Counted from the stretch's first letter, positions 9,888 through 20,487 are shown. The stretch: DNA of 64,000 bases from Patescibacteria group bacterium (GCA_022710685.1 JAKLGM010000002.1:1701-65700); one strand, 5' to 3'. Translations and numbers: made by a program. Notes: generated by a model not told the origin, from the letters alone.

Positions 9888-10385
9888 TTATTTCATGTCG
9901 TCGTAAGTAGTCATTGCGGAGTCTAACAATACATACTCTACTCCAGCCTCTTGAAAAATTTCCTTGCTCCGCTCTCCGGCGTGGTAGTCTTGTTGGCAGA
10001 CCACGCGCTTGATGCCAGCGTTGATAATCATCTTAGCACAAGTATAACAAGGGGTCATTTTACAGTAGAGGGTGCCGCCGTCTAAAGCGACGCCGAAACG
10101 GGCCGCCTGGCAGATAGCATTCTGCTCGGCGTGGGTGGTGCGGATGCAATGGCGAGTTTGTTCGCCATTTTCGTGGGTAACGGTGTGCATCTCATGCCCG
10201 ACTTCGTCGCAATGCTTGAGGCCGATAGGGGAGCCGGCATAACCGGTGCTGATTAGGCGCTTGTCTTTGACAATGACGCAACCGCTGCGGCCGCGGTCAC
10301 AAGTGCCGCGCTCGCCGATGAGGGTGGTTATATGGATGAAATACTCGTCCCAGGAGGGGCGCTGATAATTAGCGTTTTCGCTCAT
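9888..10385 (-). CDS. dCMP deaminase (ComEB-type cytidine/deoxycytidylate deaminase)
   Basis: HAEQNAI zinc motif plus PCYTCAKMIINAGIKRV; 165 aa. Confidence 0.9.
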   Translation of the reverse strand: MSENANYQRPSWDEYFIHITTLIGERGTCDRGRSGCVIVKDKRLISTGYAGSPIGLKHCDEVGHEMHTVTHENGEQTRHCIRTTHAEQNAICQAARFGVALDGGTLYCKMTPCYTCAKMIINAGIKRVVCQQDYHAGERSKEIFQEAGVEYVLLDSAMTTYDDMK

Positions 10386-10500
10386 ATTTTTGGGGTTAAA
10401 GCGGCAGGGCCGTTATTCCATTTTATCAGAATAGATAGGGCTAAGCAATATTGACAAGATAGCGCTTTTTTTAATTCAGCACTTGGGTTATAATATACTT

Positions 10501-10767
10501 ATGTTAGACAAATATCAGCAAATCCTTAGGGAAAAAGGTGAATTATACTTACGGCTCAAGGTTCATCCCGGAGCCAAGGAAACGGCTGTCCGAGCGCTAA
10601 TGGCGGATGAGACTATCAAGGTAGACCTGAAGGCGGCGCCGGAAAATGGTCGGGCTAACGAAGCCTTGGTCGCTTGCCTCGCGGCGGAATTTGAGGTAAA
10701 AAGAGAGCAGGTTAAGATTCTAAGCGGCGCGGCTGAACGCCAGAAGCTAATAAAGATCACCATTTAG
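10501..10767 (+). CDS. DUF167 (YggU-like) protein
   Basis: LRLKVHPGAKETAV ... KVDLKAAPENGRANEALV ... KILSGAAERQKLIKI is the typical DUF167 pattern. I prefer the ATG at 10501 over the TTG at 10483. Confidence 0.75.
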   Translation: MLDKYQQILREKGELYLRLKVHPGAKETAVRALMADETIKVDLKAAPENGRANEALVACLAAEFEVKREQVKILSGAAERQKLIKITI

Positions 10768-10772
10768 ACTTT

Positions 10773-11633
10773 ATGGATATCTCAGTTATCATTGTTTCTT
10801 GGAATGTCCGGGAAAAACTGCAAGCTAATTTAGCCGCCCTTTATAAATCAAGCGGCGATTTTAGCTTTGAGGTTATTGTGGTTGATAATGACTCCCGAGA
10901 TGATTCGGTCGCTATGTTGTCAGAAAAGTTTCCGCAAGTGAAATTAATCGCTAATTCTGATAATCTCGGTTTTGCTAAGGCTTGCAATCAAGGAATCAAG
11001 GTAGCTCAAGGTGATTATATTTTGTTGCTTAATCCGGATATGAAAGTTTTTCCGGACACATTGTTTAATCTCTTAGCTTGGACTAAGCAGCATGAAGCAG
11101 CAACGGTTGTCGGCTGTCATTTGGTTGATGAAATTGGTACGACCGTGCCGCAAGTCAGAAGATTTCCGCGCTTAGCCGATCAATTAGCCATAGTTTTGAA
11201 ATTGCCCCATTTGTTCCCTCGAATTACACAGAAATATTTGTTGCCCGAGTTCAATTATCAGCAAGCAGCCGTGGTGGATTCGGTCCGCGGTTCTTTTTTC
11301 CTGATTAATAAATTAAATTATCAAAAGCTCGCTCCGGGACGATTGCCTTTGTTGGATGAGCGTTATTTTATCTGGTTTGAAGAAGTAGATTTTTGCCAGG
11401 AAGTGAAACGATTGGGTGGTGCTGTCTGGTACACGCCGGCCGCTAAGTGCTTAGACTATGTCGGTGCCAGCTTTGGCCAGGTGAAACGGGGCCAGACCCA
11501 GCTCTATTTCCGGGATTCTATGCTTAAATATTTCCGCAAATGGCGCCCTATTTCTGAATATTTGATTCTGTGGCTGGCCTGGCTGCCACTATTTTTAATC
11601 GCTTCAATCTTATGTCAAAAAAAGTCGCGTTAA
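10773..11633 (+). CDS. Family 2 glycosyltransferase
   Basis: ISVIIVSWN, VVDNDSRD and LLNPD are GT2 signatures. Confidence 0.85.
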   Translation: MDISVIIVSWNVREKLQANLAALYKSSGDFSFEVIVVDNDSRDDSVAMLSEKFPQVKLIANSDNLGFAKACNQGIKVAQGDYILLLNPDMKVFPDTLFNLLAWTKQHEAATVVGCHLVDEIGTTVPQVRRFPRLADQLAIVLKLPHLFPRITQKYLLPEFNYQQAAVVDSVRGSFFLINKLNYQKLAPGRLPLLDERYFIWFEEVDFCQEVKRLGGAVWYTPAAKCLDYVGASFGQVKRGQTQLYFRDSMLKYFRKWRPISEYLILWLAWLPLFLIASILCQKKSR

Positions 11634-12673
11634 TACTGATAAACTACAAGGATTATGCTGATAAGTACCTGGCTGAATGCTGGGCTAGTTTGCGCTGCCA
11701 GGATTATGCTGGACCCATTACCACCTTCATTGTTGATAATGAGACCAGCGACGCTAGTTATAATTCCTTGAAAGCTATAGCTCCTGAAGCTGAGATTATC
11801 AGAAATAAAGATAATGATGGTTTTGCCAAGGGGAATAATGATGCTTTGAGGCTGGTTTCGGCTTTAGGCTATGAGTATGCCATCCTATTTAACATGGACA
11901 CGGTAGTAGAAGCTAATTGTGTCAGTGAATTAGTTCGAGCGGCCGAGGTTGATACTAAGGTGGCGGCAGTCCAGGCGCGCTTGATGCTCCATCCGGAAAC
12001 CGAATTGGTAAATAGTTTGGGTAACACGACGCATTTCTTGGGCTTCGGTTATTGCCAGGGCTATCGGGAAAAATTTAATGATAGCAATTTGGCGATAAAA
12101 GATATTATGTATCCTTCGGGCGCGGCGGTTTTATTTAATCTAGCCGCCCTGAAAAAAGTCGGAATGTTTGATGAAAGATTTTGGATGTATAATGAGGATC
12201 AGGATTTAGGTTGGCGGCTTTGGCTAGCCGGTTATAGTTGCATCTTAGCTCCGGCAGCCGTAGTTTATCACAAATATGAGTTTTCTAAGTCTATCAGCAA
12301 GTATTATTATATGGACCGGAATCGGACTCTGGCCATCTTGAAAAACTATCGTTTGGCTACTCTGTTCCTAATTTTTCCAGCATACGTTATAATGGAGTTG
12401 GGTTTGATATTTTTTGCCCTAAAAGGCGGCTGGTTTAAAGAGAAAAAGAAGGCTTGGTCCTATTTCTTCCGGCCTAGCACTTGGTTTTACTTGATGTTTG
12501 AACGGGCTAAAATCAAACAATTTAGAAAAGTGAAGGATTATCAACTGGCCGGGATGTTCTCGGGCCGCATTTGGTATCAAGAGGTCGGGGATTGGAAACT
12601 GCGCCTAGTTAATCCTTTTTTTGCCGCTTATTGGTGGCTGGTTAAGCAGATTTTACGCTTATTTAAGATTTAA
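11612..12673 (+). CDS. Family 2 glycosyltransferase with C-terminal membrane segments
   Basis: The ATG at 11612 gives MSKKVALILINYKDY. IVDNETSD, FNMDT and NEDQDL are GT2 motifs. It overlaps the upstream GT2 gene by 22 nt. Confidence 0.8.
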   Translation: MSKKVALILINYKDYADKYLAECWASLRCQDYAGPITTFIVDNETSDASYNSLKAIAPEAEIIRNKDNDGFAKGNNDALRLVSALGYEYAILFNMDTVVEANCVSELVRAAEVDTKVAAVQARLMLHPETELVNSLGNTTHFLGFGYCQGYREKFNDSNLAIKDIMYPSGAAVLFNLAALKKVGMFDERFWMYNEDQDLGWRLWLAGYSCILAPAAVVYHKYEFSKSISKYYYMDRNRTLAILKNYRLATLFLIFPAYVIMELGLIFFALKGGWFKEKKKAWSYFFRPSTWFYLMFERAKIKQFRKVKDYQLAGMFSGRIWYQEVGDWKLRLVNPFFAAYWWLVKQILRLFKI

Positions 12674-12674
12674 T

Positions 12675-13454
12675 ATGGATATTTCTATCATCATCGTCAA
12701 TTACAAGAGTCGGGAAAAGACGGCTAAATGCCTGGAGTCTCTTTTTGCTTCGGATTTTTCCGGTTTGCAGCATGAGATTATCGTGGTTGATAATGCTTCG
12801 GGTGACGATCTGAAGGTTTTCCAAATAAAACATCCGGAGCTGAAGATCATTTATAGCCAGAATAATCTGGGCATGGGCGGCGGTAATAATCTAGGCCTGA
12901 AACAAGCTCGGGGTGAATTTATCTTGATATTAAATCCCGACACCGAAGTTTATCCCGATGCTATTAAGATTTTGCATAGCTATTTGGTAAATCATCCCGA
13001 TGTCTATATTGCCGGCCCGAAATTATTGAACCCGGATAAAACTTTGCAGTTGTCTTGTTCTCAATTCCCTAAAATTTATACCCCGATTCTGCGCCGGACT
13101 TTCTTGGGTGATTATTTTAAGAAGAGCCGTGATAGCTTTATGATGACCGACTTTGATCATGAAGAGATCCGTGAGGTTGATTGGCTGATGGGCTCTTGCT
13201 TGATGATTCGGGCGCATGAGTGGGAGGGTTTTGACGAGCGTTTCTTCATGTATTTTGAAGATATTGACGTCTGCCGCCGTGCCTGGCGCTTCGAGAAGAA
13301 GGTTATCTATAATCCGCAGGCTGTTGTCATCCATGATCATGCGCGGGAGAGCGCCAAAAATCCTTGGTATATTGCTCCGTTTTCTGACAAGCTGACGCGG
13401 GAGCATATCAAGTCGTGGATCAAGTATTTTTGGAAATGGAAAATTAGAAAATAA
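12675..13454 (+). CDS. Family 2 glycosyltransferase
   Basis: The ATG at 12675 gives MDISIIIVNYKS. VVDNASGD, LNPDT and YFEDIDVC are GT2 motifs. Confidence 0.85.
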   Translation: MDISIIIVNYKSREKTAKCLESLFASDFSGLQHEIIVVDNASGDDLKVFQIKHPELKIIYSQNNLGMGGGNNLGLKQARGEFILILNPDTEVYPDAIKILHSYLVNHPDVYIAGPKLLNPDKTLQLSCSQFPKIYTPILRRTFLGDYFKKSRDSFMMTDFDHEEIREVDWLMGSCLMIRAHEWEGFDERFFMYFEDIDVCRRAWRFEKKVIYNPQAVVIHDHARESAKNPWYIAPFSDKLTREHIKSWIKYFWKWKIRK

Positions 13455-13470
13455 TTTTTAATCTAATCAT

Positions 13471-14352
13471 ATGAACAAAATCACCAAAGCAATTTTGCCA
13501 GTCGCCGGTTTCGGTACCAGATTTTTGCCGGCCACTAAAGCGCAACCGAAAGAGATGTTGCCGATAGTTGATAAACCAGCCATCCAATATTTAGTAGAGG
13601 ATGCGGTCAAGGCTGGAATTAAAGAGGTGGTGTTTGTTACCGGCCGCGGCAAGCGGGCGATTGAAGATCATTTTGACTATTCTTTTGAATTAGAGAAGAC
13701 TCTGGTAGAGAAAAATAAGATGGATTTAGTGGAAAAAATTAGGGAGATCGATTCTTTGGCTAAATTTTCCTATGTCCGCCAGCCGATTCCCTTGGGCGAT
13801 GGCCATGCCATTAATTGCGCTGGGCATTTAGTGGGAGATGAGGCGGTTTTGGTGATGTTTGGCGACACCTTATATAATGCTCCGATTTCTCCGGCCCAGC
13901 AGGTGATTGAGGCTTATGAAAAATATCAATGTCCGATTGTCGGTTTGTCCGAAGTCAAGCCGGAAGAAGTCAGCAAGTTTGGTGTTATTGACGGAGTTGA
14001 AGTTGAGCCGGGGATCTATGATATCAAGAAATTTGTGGAGAAGCCGAAGCAGGAAGCCGCTCCTTCTAATTTAGTAGCGGTTGGAATTTATGTTATTACT
14101 CCGGAGATCTTCCGGATTTTAGCCGAGATGAAAGAAGGCAAGTCGGGTGAAATCCGCCTGGCTGATGCCTTTGATATCATGCTTAATTCCGGCCAGTCCC
14201 TTTACGGCAAAAAGATTGAAGGTGAATGGTTGGATACCGGCACTAAATTTAATTTTATTAAAGCCACTTTGACTTTGGGGCTAAAAGACAAGGAGATTGG
14301 GGCGGACTTGAAGGATTATTTGAAGGGGTGGTGCGACAAGTTGGAGAAATAA
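13471..14352 (+). CDS. galU: UTP-glucose-1-phosphate uridylyltransferase
   Basis: KAILPVAGFGTRFLPATKAQPKEMLPIVDKP is the canonical GalU N-terminus, with VEKP later in the sequence. Confidence 0.92.
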   Translation: MNKITKAILPVAGFGTRFLPATKAQPKEMLPIVDKPAIQYLVEDAVKAGIKEVVFVTGRGKRAIEDHFDYSFELEKTLVEKNKMDLVEKIREIDSLAKFSYVRQPIPLGDGHAINCAGHLVGDEAVLVMFGDTLYNAPISPAQQVIEAYEKYQCPIVGLSEVKPEEVSKFGVIDGVEVEPGIYDIKKFVEKPKQEAAPSNLVAVGIYVITPEIFRILAEMKEGKSGEIRLADAFDIMLNSGQSLYGKKIEGEWLDTGTKFNFIKATLTLGLKDKEIGADLKDYLKGWCDKLEK

Positions 14353-14365
14353 TTTTATGACAATG

Positions 14366-14398
14366 AAAAAAGCTGTTTCGTTAGAAACAGCTTTTTGT
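14366..14398. terminator. Bidirectional intrinsic terminator between galU and the convergent ORF
   Basis: aaaaagctgtttc-gtta-gaaacagcttttt. Confidence 0.75.
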
Positions 14399-14399
14399 T

Positions 14400-14792
14400 T
14401 TATAATTTGTTTAGCACAGTTTGGGCTTTTTCCTGCCAACCTTGGTTTAGAAAATAGAAGAACATGTTTTCATATTCATCCCGAGTGATTTTTTGGGCAA
14501 GCAGTTCGGCGCATTCTTCTACAATTTCCAAATTGCCGTCCCGGATGTTTTTGTCTCGGATTTTTTCCAAATCTGTTATAATCGGAGTCAGGCGGAGATG
14601 GTCGCAGATGCATTGATAGTCGCGGAGATTACCAAGATCGCTACTGCGGCCGAGAATTTTCTTTATCCTCTCCGACCTGTCCGGTTCGGGTAGGATTTCA
14701 CTAGCGAGAATTAGGGCGAACAACTCATCGCGGTCAAAACAATTTTTCAATTCTTCATCAAAAGACGGATTATTAATTGCGGCGGTTTTCAT
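14400..14792 (-). CDS. Hypothetical protein
   Basis: 130-aa ORF bracketed by terminators. I recognise no family. Confidence 0.5.
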   Translation of the reverse strand: MKTAAINNPSFDEELKNCFDRDELFALILASEILPEPDRSERIKKILGRSSDLGNLRDYQCICDHLRLTPIITDLEKIRDKNIRDGNLEIVEECAELLAQKITRDEYENMFFYFLNQGWQEKAQTVLNKL

Positions 14793-14837
14793 GGATTGAA
14801 AAGAACTAAGGGTTAGGACTAAATTTATTTTTGAATA

Positions 14838-14866
14838 AAAAAACAGAAGTTTCCTTCTGTTTTTAT
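14838..14866 (-). terminator. Intrinsic terminator downstream of the PEGA-domain gene
   Basis: acagaag-tttcc-ttctgt hairpin with flanking A and T runs. Confidence 0.6.
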
Positions 14867-14893
14867 AGTACTATATTATAGGTAAATTGTCAA

Positions 14894-15808
14894 CTATTTG
14901 ATAAATAGCTTATATAATCCTTCTTGGTTGCCAATCTTGGCGGTAAAATAGAGGACGTTGCCGGAGCCGTCTAAGACCGGGGCGGACATCTTTTCCAGGT
15001 TGATTAGGGCGGTGGGATTGTCGCGGTCTTTGAGGTTGATGATGTTGATGCTGTTAGCGGTAGAGTAGATAATGTAGCCGCCTTGGCGCCAAGCGACGGA
15101 GTTAATCTTGTGGCTGAGGCGAGTGATTAGGGTATGGCGGTTCTCTTTGGCATCAAAAAGATATATTTCCCAGTCAGTGGCATAAACCAAGAGATCGGAG
15201 CTGATTAGACTCAGGTATTTGATGCTGGCCGGTTTTATGAAGTTAATTTTGTCTTCTGGCGTTTTCAGAGTGTCGGCAGTCAGCGTAATTTGCGTTTCGT
15301 TTTCACTGGCCAAGTCAATTATCCTCTTGTCATCTCCTAACACCAGATATTTTTTGTCAGAGGTGATAGTGACGGGCTGGACCTTAGCATCAATAATTTT
15401 AGCCGGCAAATCCTGGCGAAATAATTCTACATCTTCCAGGTAGGTAGCTTCGCCCGGATAGAGTCGGATCTTTTTTTCATAGGGCCAATAGCCGCTGGAT
15501 TCAAAGCGCACGACGTATTCGCCGGGATTTAATTTTTTGATTTTGACGGGGGTATAATATGATCCTTTCTGGCGGGGAAAATATTTTTCCAGCCAGCCCA
15601 TTTCTTTCTCGCCGCTGAGAGTAACGGTGGCGCCGCTGGGGCTGGAGTCCAATATCAGAGTGCCAGTTTGCTGCAGTATCTGCTTGAAGTTCGGCGGCCA
15701 GGAAGGATTAAGGCGGTAGCCCGCGGCGTAGAGAGAAATAAAAAAAGTAGCGATGATAAAAATCGCGAAGAAACTCCAGAATAAGATTCTGCGAGAGCGA
15801 TGTGACAT
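14894..15808 (-). CDS. Membrane-anchored PEGA-domain protein
   Basis: N-terminal TM helix (ILFWSFFAIFIIATFFISLYAA). SSPSGATVTLSG...TPVKIKKLNPGEYVVRFESSGYWPYEKKIRLYPGE fits a PEGA domain. Confidence 0.65.
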   Translation of the reverse strand: MSHRSRRILFWSFFAIFIIATFFISLYAAGYRLNPSWPPNFKQILQQTGTLILDSSPSGATVTLSGEKEMGWLEKYFPRQKGSYYTPVKIKKLNPGEYVVRFESSGYWPYEKKIRLYPGEATYLEDVELFRQDLPAKIIDAKVQPVTITSDKKYLVLGDDKRIIDLASENETQITLTADTLKTPEDKINFIKPASIKYLSLISSDLLVYATDWEIYLFDAKENRHTLITRLSHKINSVAWRQGGYIIYSTANSINIINLKDRDNPTALINLEKMSAPVLDGSGNVLYFTAKIGNQEGLYKLFIK

Positions 15809-15811
15809 AAA

Positions 15812-17071
15812 TTATTCGACTCTTTTAATATCCGCGCCTAAAGCGATTAGTCTTTCGTCCAGTTTTTCGTAGCCGCGGTCAATTTGGTAGATATTATCAA
15901 TCTCGGTAACGCCGTCAGCGATCAAGGCGGCGATTACCAGCGCGATGCCCGCCCTAATATCAGGTGAAATCAAGCGTTTGCCATAGAGTTTGGCTGGTCC
16001 GTTGACTACTACGCGGTGCGGATCGCACATGATGATATTAGCGCCCATTTGGGAGAGCATATCAGTCCAAAGTAAGCGCCGGTCATAAATGGTTTCTTGG
16101 ACTAGGGAAGTGCCATTGGCTTGAGTCATTAGAACTAGATAGGGTGATTGCAGGTCGGTCGGGAAGCCGGGGTATTCATGGGTTTTAATATCGTAAGGCT
16201 TAATGTCGGTTGCTGCTTTCATTTTCAGATAATCGGCACCAGCTTCATACGGGATACCGATCTTAGTAAAGATAGAAAGCAAACTTAACAAATGTTTCGG
16301 GTTGCAATTAGTGATGGTAATTTCGGAACGGCTCGCTGCCGCTAAAAGAGCAAAAGATCCGGCCTCAATGCGATCCGGGATTATCTGGCATTCGCCGGCG
16401 CTGATTTTTTCAACGCCTTCAATTGTGATAGTGGCCGTGCCGGCGCCGCTAATCTGGGCGCCTTGGCTATTGAGGTATTCAGCCAAAGCTTCTATCTCCG
16501 GTTCCATAGCGCAATTGCGCAGGATGGTTTTCCCTGGAATCAGGGTGGCGGTCATCATTAAGCTTTCAGTCACGGTAACGCTGACAGTGGTAAAAAAGTA
16601 ATCGGCACCATGGAGGTTTTTGGCTGTGATATGGTAGTCTCGATCAGTCATTTGGATCTCAGCGCCAAAAGCTTTGAAGCCTTCCAAGAATAAATCAATC
16701 GGCCGGCCGCCGGCGCCGATGACGCAGCCGCCGGGGTGAGGGAATTTAGCTTCGCCTAAGCGGACTAGGATCGGACCGACAAACATGACAGAAGTCCGGA
16801 ACTTGTCGGCTAGCTTGGTAGGAAAATCGATTTGATTGATGCCGCTGGTGTCAATTTCCACAAAGTTTTTGCCCCGTTCAATCTTGGCTCCCAGTTCTAC
16901 TATCAATTCTAAAGACTTATCAACATCTTCAATATTGGGTAGATTTTTGATGGTAGTCTTGCCCGCGGCCAGAATGGTGGCCGGAATGACTTTCAGGGCC
17001 ATATTTTTAGCCCCGCCGACAGCGATAGTGCCGCTGAGGGGTTTTTGGCCGGAAATGATGAATTTTGGCAT
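15812..17071 (-). CDS. murA: UDP-N-acetylglucosamine 1-carboxyvinyltransferase
   Basis: KFIISGQKPLSGTIAVGGAKNMALK, the active-site region HPGGCVIGAGGRPIDL, and a length of 419 aa. Confidence 0.93.
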   Translation of the reverse strand: MPKFIISGQKPLSGTIAVGGAKNMALKVIPATILAAGKTTIKNLPNIEDVDKSLELIVELGAKIERGKNFVEIDTSGINQIDFPTKLADKFRTSVMFVGPILVRLGEAKFPHPGGCVIGAGGRPIDLFLEGFKAFGAEIQMTDRDYHITAKNLHGADYFFTTVSVTVTESLMMTATLIPGKTILRNCAMEPEIEALAEYLNSQGAQISGAGTATITIEGVEKISAGECQIIPDRIEAGSFALLAAASRSEITITNCNPKHLLSLLSIFTKIGIPYEAGADYLKMKAATDIKPYDIKTHEYPGFPTDLQSPYLVLMTQANGTSLVQETIYDRRLLWTDMLSQMGANIIMCDPHRVVVNGPAKLYGKRLISPDIRAGIALVIAALIADGVTEIDNIYQIDRGYEKLDERLIALGADIKRVE

Positions 17072-17138
17072 ATTTTATCAATCTAATTTATTATATTAGA
17101 ACTATAGCTCATCCCCCAATATTTTTCAATTAGGGGGT

Positions 17139-18509
<1,371 letters not shown>

Positions 18510-18515
18510 CGCCCC

Positions 18516-18546
18516 AAAGCGGAGTCAAACGACCCCGCTTTTTTAT
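18516..18546 (+). terminator. Intrinsic terminator after purA
   Basis: aaagcgg...ccgcttt stem followed by ttttatt. Confidence 0.55.
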
Positions 18547-18575
18547 TTGACTTTCTTAGGCGTCTAGCTTATTAT

Positions 18576-18866
18576 ATGAGCAAACCAAACCCTGTTGCTA
18601 TGGAAGAAAAACCTACCCGCTTAGAGCTCCTGGATAAAATAAGAGAAATAATCCTGGGGATTGATAATGTAGTCCCATCTGACAAAGATGAGATTAAAGA
18701 AGAATCGTTCTTCAAAAATGATCTAAATCTGGATTCCTTGGACATGGTAGAGCTGGCCATGAAGTTGGAAGGCGCCTATCCCCAAGTCAGAATTTCCGAT
18801 TCTGATTTCAGTGAGATTGAGACGGTTGGAGATCTAATTGACCTCTTTTTTGAGCTCGCAGCTTGA
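18576..18866 (+). CDS. Acyl carrier protein-like
   Basis: FKNDLNLDSLDMVELAMKLE contains the DSL phosphopantetheine-attachment motif. The protein is 96 aa, and the true start may be the internal Met near 18600. Confidence 0.7.
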   Translation: MSKPNPVAMEEKPTRLELLDKIREIILGIDNVVPSDKDEIKEESFFKNDLNLDSLDMVELAMKLEGAYPQVRISDSDFSEIETVGDLIDLFFELAA

Positions 18867-18920
18867 AAGTTGTCAATTAACTCAGCCAAAGGGGGCAAAA
18901 ACGCCTCCTTTTTTATTTTA

Positions 18921-18948
18921 TTGACAATTTTCAGCTTTTTGCTATGAT
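18921..18948 (+). promoter_or_regulatory. Sigma70-like promoter with extended -10 upstream of rplU
   Basis: ttgaca (18921-18926), 16-nt spacer ending in TGc, tatgat (18943-18948). Confidence 0.6.
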
Positions 18949-19000
18949 ATCAATAGATATCCGAGCTATATCTTTTTTATTTATATTAACCCGTATTTAT

Positions 19001-19315
19001 ATGGCAAAAATCGCAGTAATCAAAACCGGCGGCAAGCAGTATAAGGTAGCTGAAGGTTTGGTGGTAAAAATTGAGAAATTAGACAAGAAATTAAACGACC
19101 AAGTCAGCTTTGATACTTTGTTAATCGCCGATGAGGATGGTAAGGATGTAAAGATTGGTACTCCGTCCTTGGGGGAAAAAGTCACGGGCGAAGTTATCAA
19201 GGAAGGCAAAGCCGACAAGGTGACTGTGGTCAAATACAAGAATAAGACCAGATACAAACGGACTTTGGGCCATCGCCAACCTTACTTGGCTGTCAAAATC
19301 ACTTCTATCGCTTAA
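19001..19315 (+). CDS. rplU: 50S ribosomal protein L21
   Basis: MAKIAVIKTGGKQYKV...KADKVTVVKYKNKTRYKRTLGHRQ. I use the ATG at 19001 rather than the track start. Confidence 0.93.
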   Translation: MAKIAVIKTGGKQYKVAEGLVVKIEKLDKKLNDQVSFDTLLIADEDGKDVKIGTPSLGEKVTGEVIKEGKADKVTVVKYKNKTRYKRTLGHRQPYLAVKITSIA

Positions 19316-19329
19316 TTGTTTTTATACGA

Positions 19330-19358
19330 AAAAACCGCTTGCTTAAAGCGGTTTTTTC
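19330..19358 (+). terminator. Intrinsic terminator after rplU
   Basis: aaaaaaccgctt-gctta-aagcggtttttt. Confidence 0.8.
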
Positions 19359-19368
19359 TTTGTCTAAT

Positions 19369-19397
19369 TTGACACTTTATGAGTTGCCCGATATAAT
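19369..19397 (+). promoter_or_regulatory. Consensus sigma70-like promoter
   Basis: ttgaca (19369-19374), 17-nt spacer, tataat (19392-19397), upstream of ORF 19436. Confidence 0.7.
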
Positions 19398-19435
19398 ACT
19401 ATTCATTCACGGATGTTTAATCAAAAAATTAATCA

Positions 19436-19816
19436 ATGAGTTCTTTAAAACAATTAACCAATTCCTGCCTTGATGCAGGCAAGCGGCCCGAGCCTAACGG
19501 CATTTTAATCATTAATGGAGCGAGTCAGGAAATATTCGTCCCCAAAAAATTAATTGCCGGTTTCGGCTATGAAACCGCCGGGCGCCAGCGTCGATCGCTG
19601 GAACCAAAAACCTTCCACCAGATAATAAATTCTGATCTGCCCCGCAAGTTGAAGGGCAGAGGAAAAGTAATTACTGTCCTTTGTCTGGGGCCTGATCCCA
19701 AAAAGATGGGCCCTACTAACGCCGCCAGCTTTCAGAATTTTATGAAAGTTAACGGCCTAGGGAAAGGACAAATTTATAAAGTAATTGAAGTTACCAAGGA
19801 GGTTGCGGCCGTTTGA
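19436..19816 (+). CDS. Hypothetical protein
   Basis: 126-aa ORF with a consensus promoter upstream and a terminator downstream. I recognise no family. Confidence 0.6.
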   Translation: MSSLKQLTNSCLDAGKRPEPNGILIINGASQEIFVPKKLIAGFGYETAGRQRRSLEPKTFHQIINSDLPRKLKGRGKVITVLCLGPDPKKMGPTNAASFQNFMKVNGLGKGQIYKVIEVTKEVAAV

Positions 19817-19845
19817 GTGAATAATATTTTCTTAGTGTAGAACTG

Positions 19846-19873
19846 AAAAGGACCCTTAGCAGGTCCTTTTTTT
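19846..19873. terminator. Bidirectional intrinsic terminator
   Basis: aaaaggacc-cttagca-ggtcctttttt, between convergent ORF 19436-19816 and recR. Confidence 0.75.
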
Positions 19874-20480
19874 AAATAGTGTTTCTATATTTTAGGGCAT
19901 TACCCAGAGTCAATTCGTCAACATATTCCAAGTTGGCGCCAGAAGGCAGGCCGCGGGCTAGCCGCGTGATTTTTATCTTCGGATTTTTTAAGAGTCGGGA
20001 TAGATAAAGAGCGGTCGTTTCACCTTCCAGGGTCGGGCTCAGAGCCAGAAGGATTTCTAAATTTCCTTGTTTTTTTAACAGCGCATTTACCCTGTCGGCT
20101 AGTTTTTGCAGGGGCAAGTCATCCGGTTTGACGTCTTCAATGGTGTTAATCAATCCGCCCAAGACAAAATATTTCCCTTGGTATTGCCGAGTGTTTTCCA
20201 GACTAATCATGTCCTGCAAATTAGCCACGACGCTCAAAAGGCTTTCGTTTCTAGTTTTGTCGGAACAGATAGGGCAGGGGTCGTTTTCGGCTATAGCCAA
20301 ACAAGAGGAACAAATTTTGATATTGCCCTTTAATTGGCTGAGAGATTGGGCTAGGAGCTGGATTTTTTCCGGGCTGGATTTGAGCAAATAAAAAACATAG
20401 CGTTCGGCTGTCTTAGGGCCGACGCTGGGTAATTGAGAGAATTGGTCTATTAGATTTTGGAGAGCCAGTGGGTAGCGCAT
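19872..20480 (-). CDS. recR: Recombination protein RecR
   Basis: LPSVGPKTAERY helix-hairpin-helix motif, CSSCLAIAENDPCPIC zinc finger, and a Toprim C-terminus. Confidence 0.92.
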   Translation of the reverse strand: MRYPLALQNLIDQFSQLPSVGPKTAERYVFYLLKSSPEKIQLLAQSLSQLKGNIKICSSCLAIAENDPCPICSDKTRNESLLSVVANLQDMISLENTRQYQGKYFVLGGLINTIEDVKPDDLPLQKLADRVNALLKKQGNLEILLALSPTLEGETTALYLSRLLKNPKIKITRLARGLPSGANLEYVDELTLGNALKYRNTI

Positions 20481-20487
20481 AATTTAC

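Noticed and set aside
10451-10494. ttgaca at 10451 paired with tataat at 10489 as the DUF167 promoter.
   Set aside because: The spacer would be 32 nt, and no acceptable -35 lies 16-18 nt upstream of the -10. I therefore do not call it.
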